Notes under the pieces: model-generated
What the model was told of the DNA's origin: nothing
What the model saw: the letters and a program-made list of their open reading frames with translations, nothing else
Databases searched by the model: none
Assembly (NCBI GenBank): GCA_040756235.1
Contig: JBFLZG010000137.1
Coordinates: 29,352 to 93,351, forward strand
Direction: 5' to 3'
DNA from: a bacterium
GTDB taxonomy: Bacteria; Desulfobacterota; DSWW01
Length of the DNA: 64,000 bases
In this document: piece after piece, positions 56,293 through 64,000 of the stretch
How positions within the stretch are numbered: the first letter of the stretch is position 1
How the letters are laid out: each line of letters opens with the position of its first letter
Program-made: the position numbers and the translations under genes

Positions 56293-56360
56293 AGAGGCTG
56301 CCGAGAAATCCCGCACGGCACCGTGCGGCTGCCCTCAAAGGGCGTTCCTCGGCAGCTTCT
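56293..56360. repeat. Three-way-junction palindrome, probably MITE-derived
   Basis: AGAGGCTGCCGAG/CTCGGCAGCTTCT enclosing CCGCACG/CGTGCGG and GCCCT/AGGGC hairpins. Confidence 0.6.
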
Positions 56361-56382
56361 CACGAGGCGCAGGGAGGCTCTC

Positions 56383-57642
56383 ATGGATTACTTCGACATC
56401 AGTCTTCAGCTGACCGATGACGACATCGAGCTCAGGAACGCGGCCCGGAAATTCGCTCAGGAGGTCATGCGGCCCATCTCCAAGCAGCTGGACGTCATGA
56501 GCCCGGAAGAGGTGATCGCCCCCGGGTCGCCGATGTGGACCTTTCTCAAGAAAGCCTACGAGCTCGGGTATCACAAGACCCTGCTCCCGGAAGCGTACGG
56601 AGGCCTGGGGCTCACGCCCATGCAAATCCACCTGGTGAACGAGGAGCTGGCCTGGGGGAGTTATGGCCTGAGCGTGCTCCTGGGAGTCTGCTCGTTCCCG
56701 TTCTTCGCGGCCTGCCTGACCGGTGACGATGCCCTGATCGAAGAGTTCGTGACGCCCTTCTGCGCCTGCACGGACGCCGGCATGAGGGGCTGCTGGGCCA
56801 TCACCGAGCCGGAGCACGGCTGCGACTACTTGGCCTACGAGGACTTCTTCCGCAGCCCCAAGCTGCGCGGCAACGTCCAAGCCCGGCTCGCAGGAGACGA
56901 GTGGGTGATCAGCGGCCAGAAGGCCGCGTGGGTTTCCGGCGGCTCGATCGCCACCCATGCTCTGCTCTTCTGCCAGATCGATCCGAGCCAGGGAATGGCC
57001 GGCGGCGGCATCTGTGTGTGTCCTTTGACCGGAGAGGGTGTGTCCAGGGGCAAACCGCTGAAGAAGATGGGGCAGCGCGACTTGAACCAGGGGGAGATCT
57101 ATCTGGACGGGGTCCGCATCCCGAAGCACTACATGTTCTGCGAGCCGGACTTCTATCCCCAGATGCTGGAGATGATTCTCGCCTCCGCCAACGCGGCTAT
57201 GGGAATCTTCGCCACCGGGTGTGCCAGGGCGTCTTTCGAGGAAGCGCTCCAGTACGCTAAAGAGCGGGTCCAGGGCGGCGTGCCCATCGTCCAGCACCGG
57301 TCCATGCGGCAGAGACTGTTCGACATGTTCTCCAAGGTGGAGACGTGCAGGGCCATCTCCAGAGCCGCCGTGAACCTGAACTTCAACGTCTCTCCGCCTC
57401 TGCCGGAGTACTCGCTCGTGGCCAAGACGCGCTGCACCCAGATGTGCTTCGAAGTCGCTCATGAGGCGGTCCAGGTCCTGGGCGGCAACGGCCTGACTCA
57501 GGAGTACCTGACCGAGAAGCTCTTCCGCGACGCTCGCTCCGCGCTCATCGAGGACGGCGCCAACGAGGCCCTTCAGGCCGCGGGCGGCCACATCGTCGCG
57601 GAAACGTATCCGAGGAGCGCGGCGGAGACCTTCGGGGAGTGA
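56383..57642 (+). CDS. Acyl-CoA dehydrogenase
   Basis: AITEPEHGCD, ISGQKAAW, KMGQR, RVQGG, QVLGGNG, IEDGANE. Confidence 0.93.
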   Translation: MDYFDISLQLTDDDIELRNAARKFAQEVMRPISKQLDVMSPEEVIAPGSPMWTFLKKAYELGYHKTLLPEAYGGLGLTPMQIHLVNEELAWGSYGLSVLLGVCSFPFFAACLTGDDALIEEFVTPFCACTDAGMRGCWAITEPEHGCDYLAYEDFFRSPKLRGNVQARLAGDEWVISGQKAAWVSGGSIATHALLFCQIDPSQGMAGGGICVCPLTGEGVSRGKPLKKMGQRDLNQGEIYLDGVRIPKHYMFCEPDFYPQMLEMILASANAAMGIFATGCARASFEEALQYAKERVQGGVPIVQHRSMRQRLFDMFSKVETCRAISRAAVNLNFNVSPPLPEYSLVAKTRCTQMCFEVAHEAVQVLGGNGLTQEYLTEKLFRDARSALIEDGANEALQAAGGHIVAETYPRSAAETFGE

Positions 57643-57685
57643 AATCGATTCATCTGCCGCAGACCGCCTCAAAGGGAGAGCCCGG

Positions 57686-58945
57686 ATGGGCGATGACATA
57701 TTCATCATCGGCACGGGGATGATCCGGTTTTCGAAGTACCTCGAAAAGGGGGTCAAGCAGCTCACGGGGGAAGCGCTGGAGCTCGTCTTGAAGGATTGCG
57801 GGCTCGAGCGCCGGGACCTTCAGGCCGCTTGGTTCTCGAACTCGAACTGGGGCTATTACAGCTTCCAGCACTCGATCCGGGGCCAGGTGGCCCTTTCGGC
57901 GAACGGGGTCGAGGGGATCCCCATCACCAACGTGGAGAACGCGTGCGCCAGCGGTTCGACCGCCCTGCACGGCGCCTGGACAGCCGTCAAGGCGGGCCTC
58001 TACGACTGCGTGCTGGCCATCGGCGTCGAAAAGCTCTACGACACGGACCGGGCCAAGGTGATGATGGGGTTCCTTTCAGGCGCGGACGTGGAAGTCGCCA
58101 CGAAGATGCTGGCCGACTTCCAGGCCGAGGAGGCCAGGAGGAAGGAGCGGGAGGCAAAGGAGACAGAGGGCGCAGCGCCTCGGGCTCAGGAGAAGCCGGG
58201 AGGGCATTCGGCCTTCATGGACCTGTACGCGATGGGCGCCCGCCGCCACATGGAGCAGTACGGGACCACGCAACGCCAGCTGGCCGTGATCGCGGCCAAG
58301 GCGCACCACAACTCGGTCCGCAATCCCCTGGCCCAGTACAACTTTCCGATGACGGTCGAAGAGGTCCTCGCGGACCGGCCGATCGTCTTTCCTCTGACCC
58401 GGGCGATGTGCGCTCCCATCGGGGACGGGGCGGCGGCGGCCATCCTGTGCAGCGAGCGCTTTCTGAGGGAGAAAGGAAGGCGCCGGGCCGTGCGGATCCG
58501 CGCTTCGGCCCTTCGGTCCGGCAGGAGGGAAGGAGAGAACGACATCTGCGGCCGCGTCTCGAAAGCAGCTTATGAGGCGGCGGGGCTGGGGCCGTCGGAC
58601 GTGCAGGTGGCCGAGGTGCACGACGCCACGGCCTTCGGAGAGCTGTACCAGACGGAGCAGATGGGTTTCTGCCCGATGGGAGAAGGGGGGCCCTTTGCGG
58701 AGAGCGGAGCAACGGCTCTGAACGGAACGATCCCGGTGAATCCGAGTGGCGGGCTCATGGCCCGGGGCCATCCCATCGGCGCCTCGGGACTGGCGCAGAT
58801 CTACGAGCTCGTTCTGCACCTGAGGGGAGAGGCGGGCGACCGGCAGGTCGCCGGCGCCCGGATCGCCATGGCGGAGAACGGCGGCGGCTTCCTGGGACTG
58901 GGAGAGGCGGCGATGACGATCCATATCCTGGAAAAAACGAACTAG
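57686..58945 (+). CDS. SCP-x-type thiolase family protein
   Basis: ENACASGS, EVHDAT, NPSGGL..RGHPIGASG. Confidence 0.92.
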   Translation: MGDDIFIIGTGMIRFSKYLEKGVKQLTGEALELVLKDCGLERRDLQAAWFSNSNWGYYSFQHSIRGQVALSANGVEGIPITNVENACASGSTALHGAWTAVKAGLYDCVLAIGVEKLYDTDRAKVMMGFLSGADVEVATKMLADFQAEEARRKEREAKETEGAAPRAQEKPGGHSAFMDLYAMGARRHMEQYGTTQRQLAVIAAKAHHNSVRNPLAQYNFPMTVEEVLADRPIVFPLTRAMCAPIGDGAAAAILCSERFLREKGRRRAVRIRASALRSGRREGENDICGRVSKAAYEAAGLGPSDVQVAEVHDATAFGELYQTEQMGFCPMGEGGPFAESGATALNGTIPVNPSGGLMARGHPIGASGLAQIYELVLHLRGEAGDRQVAGARIAMAENGGGFLGLGEAAMTIHILEKTN

Positions 58946-58969
58946 GAGCGCGAGCGAAAGAGGGACGAG

Positions 58970-59707
58970 ATGGCTGAAAAAGTGACCAAGGCCCGGCGGG
59001 CCGAAGCGATCGATCGACTCAGAGAAGACTGGACCGAGACCGAGAAGGTCATCCTGAGCCGCAGGAGCGTGCGCCTGTACAAGAAGGAGCAGGTGCCCGA
59101 GTTCATGGTCAAGCGGATCCTCGAGGCGGGACGGTTCGCGCCGTCGGCCGGAAACTCCCAGCCCTGGAAGTTCGTGGTCCTCAGGGACCCGGAGATCATC
59201 GACGGCATCACGCAGACGGTGATCGAGGTCTGCACCAAGTTCCGGAACCTGGTGGACTACCGGCGGCCGCAGGCCGCCTGGAGCCGGCCGCTGGTAAAGG
59301 GCTTCATCCGGCTCATGCGGACCAACGACCTGCATCCGGTGCCGTTCGGCGCCGTGGGCATGATTGCCGACAAGGAGCTGGGGCTCTGGCACGGCGCCCC
59401 CACCGCCATCTTGATCTTCAAGGACGTGCGCGGCGTCTCCAATCCTGACCTGGATTGCGGCATTGCCGGTCAGAACATGGTGCTTGCCGCCCACAGCATG
59501 GGGCTGGGGACCTGCTGGGTCGGGTTTGCCAAGATGGCCCTCGACTACACGGACAAGTGGAAGAAGCGGCTGGGAATCGAGTTCCCCTACCAGTTTGCGA
59601 GCAGCCTGGCGGTCGGCTGGCCGGTCGGAAAGCCGGACGGCATGGTGGGCAGGCAGACCCACGCGGTGGACTGGTACGAGGGCGGAAGCAAGAAGATCCT
59701 TTACTGA
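58970..59707 (+). CDS. Nitroreductase family protein
   Basis: RRSVR.Y, APSAGNSQPW, LAAHSMGLGTCWVG. Confidence 0.92.
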   Translation: MAEKVTKARRAEAIDRLREDWTETEKVILSRRSVRLYKKEQVPEFMVKRILEAGRFAPSAGNSQPWKFVVLRDPEIIDGITQTVIEVCTKFRNLVDYRRPQAAWSRPLVKGFIRLMRTNDLHPVPFGAVGMIADKELGLWHGAPTAILIFKDVRGVSNPDLDCGIAGQNMVLAAHSMGLGTCWVGFAKMALDYTDKWKKRLGIEFPYQFASSLAVGWPVGKPDGMVGRQTHAVDWYEGGSKKILY

Positions 59708-59724
59708 ACGAATGGGAGTCAAGA

Positions 59725-60042
59725 ATGGCCAGATTGACTGTGTCCGAAAGAATCCGGATACCGACCTACGACGATCCGCAGCAGATCCGCTGGGGCGAGG
59801 TCGGTTTCGATTACGAGAAGTGCAGCGGCTGCGGGATCTGTTCCCAGGCCTGCCCGGCCAAGGCGATCGTCCTGGAGGACAAGCGGCCGCGGATGAAGCC
59901 ACTCGGAGAGAACAACTGTATGGCCTGCGGGGACTGTGCGGCCATCTGCCCGGAGGGCGCCATTGCCCTGAAGGCGGGGTACAGCTACTCGGGCTATTAC
60001 AAGACGATCGACCAGGGTGACATTCAGCCACCACGGCTCTGA
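59725..60042 (+). CDS. 2x[4Fe-4S] ferredoxin-like protein
   Basis: CSGCGICSQACP and CMACGDCAAICP; GGGAG RBS. Confidence 0.9.
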   Translation: MARLTVSERIRIPTYDDPQQIRWGEVGFDYEKCSGCGICSQACPAKAIVLEDKRPRMKPLGENNCMACGDCAAICPEGAIALKAGYSYSGYYKTIDQGDIQPPRL

Positions 60043-60126
60043 AGAAGATCGGTGAAAGGCAAGAGGGAACCCCTTCCTAGGGCACACGCTGATCTTGGGA
60101 GGGCTTGTGTGACCACGGAGGCAACG

Positions 60127-61698
60127 ATGAGCGCTTCGGTATCGAACTGGGCGACCGTTCTGGACGAGCAGGCCGAAAAGCTCGGAGACAAGCCTTTCCT
60201 CTATCTCGTCTATCAGGATCGGACCGTGAGCTACCGCGAGATGAACGAGAACGCGAACCGCGCGGCCGACTACCTCCTTCGGCTCGGCGCCAGGCCGGGA
60301 GACGGGATCGCCACGCTGATGGGCAATTCGCCGCAGTTCCTCGACCTGTTCTTCGGCATGCAGCGGCTCGGGATGTACATGGTTCCGGTGAACACCTCGC
60401 TCCGAGGCGACAGTCTCTCCTACATCATCGACAACAGCGACGCGAAGTTCTTGATCGTCGACCACGATCTGATGGATGTCTACCGGACCGTGCAACAGGA
60501 GCTGCCTCGGGTGCAGAAGGTCGTGGTCAACACCCTGGAGGCACCTGCGGGTTTCCAGATGCCTGCCGGCAGCCTGGACCTGCGCGCGGCTTACGGAGGC
60601 GGCGTCTCGGCAGACAGGCCCTGTGTGGAATTCGACGAGAGCTCGCTGCTGCTGCTGATGTACACGTCCGGTACGACCGGCCTGCCCAAGGGGGTCGTCT
60701 CGAGGTACAACAAGAACCTCGTGGACCGGATCCGGCCCCTGGCCGCCTTCACCCTGACCCCCGATTCAATCTATTTCACAGCGCTCGCCCTGTTCCACGG
60801 GAACGCTCTCTTTATCACGACCACCCAGTCGCTCATCGCCGGGTGCACGGTGGCCTTGAGCAAGAGGTTCAGCGCGAGCCGCTTCTGGGAACAGGTCTAT
60901 CGCTCCAAGGCCACCATCTTCAACACGATCGGCGCCATCATCCCGATTCTGCTCAAGCAGCCCGAGAGTCCCTACGAGAAAATGCACTGCGTGAAGACCG
61001 TGCTGTCCGCCGGATGCCCTGCGGAGATGTGGGAAAAGTTCGAGCAGAGGTTTGGCGTGACCCTCTGGGAGGGTTACGGCGCCGTGGACGGCTCCGGAAC
61101 CATCATGAATCTGGGCAACGCGCCGAAGGGGTCGATCGGAAACCCCCTGGGGTCGGAGATCCGGCTCGTCGACGAGGAAGGCAAGGAGGTGCCGCTCGGC
61201 GTGCCGGGCGAGCTCCTCTTCAAGGTCGCGCCGGACAGGAAGAGCAATGTCGAGTACTACAAGAACCCGGCCGCCTCGGAGAAGAAGACCCGGGGCGAGT
61301 GGGAGTACACGGGCGATCTCCTCTACCGGGACGCCGAAGGTTACCTCTACTTCGTGGGGCGCAAGACCGACTCGATGAGGAGGCGCGGGGAGAACGTTTC
61401 GGCGTTCGAGGTCGAGAAGGCGATTCTCAAGCACCCGGCCGTTCTCGAGTGCGCCGTTTACGGCGTGCCCTCGGAGCTGACCGAGGACGAGATCATGGCC
61501 TCGGTCCGGCCGGTGGAGGGGAAGACTCTCGATGCCGGGGAGCTCTGGGGTTTCCTGCAGGACAAGCTCGCTAGGTTCGCCATCCCGCGTTACATCCGGA
61601 TCGTCGACGACTTCCCGAGGACCGAGACCTTCCGGGTCAAGAAGCACGAGCTCAAGGCCGTGGGAGTGACGGCGGGCACCTTCGACGCGGAGCGGTAG
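60127..61698 (+). CDS. Acyl-CoA synthetase (CaiC-like AMP-binding family)
   Basis: YTSGTTGLPKG, LFHGNA, RFSASRFW, TGDL, RRRGENVS. Confidence 0.93.
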   Translation: MSASVSNWATVLDEQAEKLGDKPFLYLVYQDRTVSYREMNENANRAADYLLRLGARPGDGIATLMGNSPQFLDLFFGMQRLGMYMVPVNTSLRGDSLSYIIDNSDAKFLIVDHDLMDVYRTVQQELPRVQKVVVNTLEAPAGFQMPAGSLDLRAAYGGGVSADRPCVEFDESSLLLLMYTSGTTGLPKGVVSRYNKNLVDRIRPLAAFTLTPDSIYFTALALFHGNALFITTTQSLIAGCTVALSKRFSASRFWEQVYRSKATIFNTIGAIIPILLKQPESPYEKMHCVKTVLSAGCPAEMWEKFEQRFGVTLWEGYGAVDGSGTIMNLGNAPKGSIGNPLGSEIRLVDEEGKEVPLGVPGELLFKVAPDRKSNVEYYKNPAASEKKTRGEWEYTGDLLYRDAEGYLYFVGRKTDSMRRRGENVSAFEVEKAILKHPAVLECAVYGVPSELTEDEIMASVRPVEGKTLDAGELWGFLQDKLARFAIPRYIRIVDDFPRTETFRVKKHELKAVGVTAGTFDAER

Positions 61699-62078
61699 CA
61701 GGCCGTTGAAAAAGGCCCATCTGCGGAGCCTGTTGCGAGCGAAGCGAAGCAATCCCCGCGGGCGATTCCCGCGGCGGAGAGCTGTAGCGGGGGTCTCCTC
61801 GTCGCTCTCGCTCCTCGAAACTCAGTACATGTCGGGGCGAGTACCCTGACGTTTCGTTTTAGGACCGGTCCGGTCGGCAGCGCTGGTGACCCGCTGTAAC
61901 CGGCGGACATTGCGAGGACCGCAGGTCCGTGGCAACCTCCCGGTGCCATGGAGGTCGCCACGCCCGGTCTCGCGATATTCACCCGTCGCGTGCCATCGTT
62001 GCCACGCATGCTTGGAACGACAGAGCTGGCCACTGAATGGTGAGTGTACTTGCGTGACGTAGTCCTTGAACGGCCTGC
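61698..62078. mobile_element. Large nested palindromic element between convergent genes
   Basis: Termini GCAGGCCGTT / AACGGCCTGC; internal TTGCGAGCGAAGCGAAGCAATC and CGTGGCAACCTCC/GGAGGTCGCCACG palindromes. Confidence 0.7.
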
Positions 62079-62107
62079 ACGTGAATTTCCCGGAGAGTGC
62101 GAGCCGC

Positions 62108-62131
62108 GTAGGGGCGTATGGCCATACGCCC
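62108..62131. repeat. GTAG-type REP hairpin
   Basis: GTAG-GGGCGTATGG-CCATACGCCC. Confidence 0.7.
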
Positions 62132-62177
62132 AACAGAATGCATTCGAATCCGTGACCGGCGGTCCTGGTCGAGGGCC

Positions 62178-62957
62178 TCACTGCAGCGTGTGCCCGCCGT
62201 CGATGTAGATCTCGGAGCCGGTCAGGTAAGGAGGGCAGGTGGCGAGGTACAGGGCCGTAGATCTCAGCTCCGCCAGATCGCCCGGCCGATTGAGAGGCAC
62301 CATCTTTCGGATCATTCCTGCGCCTGTTTCCGACGCCAGGAATTCCCGGTTGAACTCGGTCACGAAGTACCCCGGGCAGAGGACGTTCACCTGGACGTTG
62401 TAGCGCATGAGCTCCAGCGCCAGGACTTTGGTGAAAGCGATGACCGCGGCCTTGCTGGAACAGTAGCCCGCCATGTAGCGCGCCGCGACCTTGCCCAGCA
62501 ATGACGCGATGTGGATGATCCTCCCGCTCTGGCTCCGCATCATCTGCCTGGCGACCGCCCGGGAGACGACAAAGGTGCCCCGGAAGTCCACGTTCATCAC
62601 TTCGTCCAGCTCCTGATCGGTCATCTCCACGACCGGCTTCTGGCTGCCGGCGATCCCGGCGCTGTTCACCAGGATGTCGATCTTTCCGAGCTCTCGGACG
62701 ACGGCTTCGACCACCGTGTCCACCTCGCGGGAATTCGTGACGTCCATGGCCATGCCGATCGCCTTGACTCCGTGCCTCCCTTCGATTTCCCGCGCCACGC
62801 CGAGGCATCCTTCCAGGTTGCGGGCGACGATCGCGACGTTGGCTCCGGCCCCGGCATACGTCTCGGCAAACAGGCGGCCGATCCCCTTGTAGCCTCCCGT
62901 GATCAGGGCGTTTCGGCCGCCCAACGAAAAAAGTGTCTCGAGCGTCGTTTTGGACAT
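62178..62957 (-). CDS. SDR family oxidoreductase
   Basis: TGGYKGIG, NSAG, YCSSK, IDGG. Confidence 0.93.
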   Translation of the reverse strand: MSKTTLETLFSLGGRNALITGGYKGIGRLFAETYAGAGANVAIVARNLEGCLGVAREIEGRHGVKAIGMAMDVTNSREVDTVVEAVVRELGKIDILVNSAGIAGSQKPVVEMTDQELDEVMNVDFRGTFVVSRAVARQMMRSQSGRIIHIASLLGKVAARYMAGYCSSKAAVIAFTKVLALELMRYNVQVNVLCPGYFVTEFNREFLASETGAGMIRKMVPLNRPGDLAELRSTALYLATCPPYLTGSEIYIDGGHTLQ

Positions 62958-63059
62958 GGTTCCTCTCCTTGCACGATGCCGCAGGGGGCGGAAGGCTCAC
63001 GGCCGCATGGCCGCCTTCGGGCCGCACGTCCCTGGGCCGCTCCGGTGGCCGGAAAGACA

Positions 63060-63848
63060 CTATCTCGCCAGCAGACCTCCGTCGATGACCAAGACGTGGC
63101 CTGTCAGGTAAGCGGACGCCTCTGAAGCCAGGAATACTGCCGCTCCTCGGATGTCTTCGACTTCGCCCATCCTCCCCATGGGGATCATCCGGATGAGCTG
63201 CTCGTAGACGCCCCTGGACTCAGGCTTGTCCATGTAAGCCATCATGTCCGTGCGGAAGTATCCGGGCGCGATGGCATTCACGCGGATCTTGTACGGGGCG
63301 AGCTTGACGGCCAGATTCATGGTCAGCAGATTGATCGCGGCCTTTGTGGAATTGTAGGGAACGGACGGATGGAGCGCCTCCTCGCTGCCGCGGGAGGCCC
63401 AGACGGAGGAGATGTTGACGATGTTCCCGCCTCCCTGCTCCTTCATGACCCGGGCGACCTTCTGGGTCAGCATCCAGACGCCGCGCACATTCACGTTGAA
63501 CAGGTAATCCCATCTTTCCAGGGGGAACTCCAGGGTGGGGGCGCCCCATGCGGCGCCGGCGTTGTTTACGAGGACGTGGATGCCGCCGAAGGTCTTCATG
63601 GCCCCCTCGAGGAGGGCGTCGACCTCCTCTTCCTTGGCCACATCGCAGGCGACGGGAAGGACACGGGTCCCACAGCTCTTTTCGATCTCGTCAGCGGCGG
63701 CCGCCAGGTTCTTGAGCTTCCTTGAAGCGAGGACCAGGTCGGCTCCCGCCTCGGCCAGCGCAGTCGCGATGGACTTCCCGAGGCCGCGACCGCCGCCTGT
63801 CACGAGTGCCGCCTTGCCATGAAGATCGAACAGAGACTGCAGCTTCAT
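63060..63848 (-). CDS. SDR family oxidoreductase (similar to 18782-19552)
   Basis: TGGGRGLG, NNAG, YNSTK, VNAIAPGYF; AAGGAGAGGAGG RBS. Confidence 0.93.
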   Translation of the reverse strand: MKLQSLFDLHGKAALVTGGGRGLGKSIATALAEAGADLVLASRKLKNLAAAADEIEKSCGTRVLPVACDVAKEEEVDALLEGAMKTFGGIHVLVNNAGAAWGAPTLEFPLERWDYLFNVNVRGVWMLTQKVARVMKEQGGGNIVNISSVWASRGSEEALHPSVPYNSTKAAINLLTMNLAVKLAPYKIRVNAIAPGYFRTDMMAYMDKPESRGVYEQLIRMIPMGRMGEVEDIRGAAVFLASEASAYLTGHVLVIDGGLLAR

Positions 63849-64000
63849 CGGTGCCTCCTCTCCTTCGGGGGGCAATCCGAAGGTCCATCAGGGGTCATGC
63901 CCCGCTCGAATCTCAGAAGACCCGTGCATACCGATAATTCAGATTCTTCCGAGATGTCAAGGCGGCGCAGCCGGCAGCGGCGCCGGCGCCCTGCCGGCTG

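Noticed and set aside
63931..63960. Promoter for the terminal SDR pair
   Set aside because: A minus-strand TTGACA is present but there is no convincing -10 at proper spacing.

Overview
GC-rich bacterial window; gene content and repeat types suggest an anaerobic Desulfobacterota/'deltaproteobacterial' genome (inference). (1) 1-10.5 kb is the end of an exopolysaccharide locus: a divergent secreted beta-helix protein, Wzx-like flippase, priming sugar transferase, two FemAB-like proteins, a GNAT, a CapK-like ligase, Wza-like export protein and an outer-membrane beta-barrel. (2) 11.7-14.8 kb is a small decayed island: an N-formylglutamate amidohydrolase-like fragment, a secreted 14-repeat beta-propeller with a C-terminal anchor-like tail, and a frameshifted tyrosine recombinase. 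(3) 15-64 kb is a large TetR-controlled cluster for hydrophobic substrates. It has beta-oxidation genes (3 acyl-CoA dehydrogenases, one with a C-terminal winged-helix-like extension; 2 crotonases; 2 SCP-x-type thiolases; DUF35; SCP2; 2 CoA ligases; 4 SDRs) and two phytoene-desaturase-like flavoproteins. Its core is a ~24 kb co-directional run with paired DUF2148 proteins, a double FAD-oxidase plus CCG Fe-S partner, YCF48/RND uptake components, four tandem CruF-like membrane proteins with two tiny membrane ORFs, a GGR-like flavoprotein, a non-AdhE ALDH-ADH fusion and a CrtC/AttH-like protein. No phytoene or GGPP synthase is present in the window. The best candidate for a new system is an oxygen-independent, hydration-initiated pathway for isoprenoid/alkene lipids; this is a hypothesis from motif-level family calls. 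Other signals: a GAAC-N4-GTTC operator at four promoters, a 96-bp AT-rich synonymous-codon patch inside a GC-rich gene, and a family of nested palindromic MITE/REP elements. No rRNA, tRNA or CRISPR array was seen.
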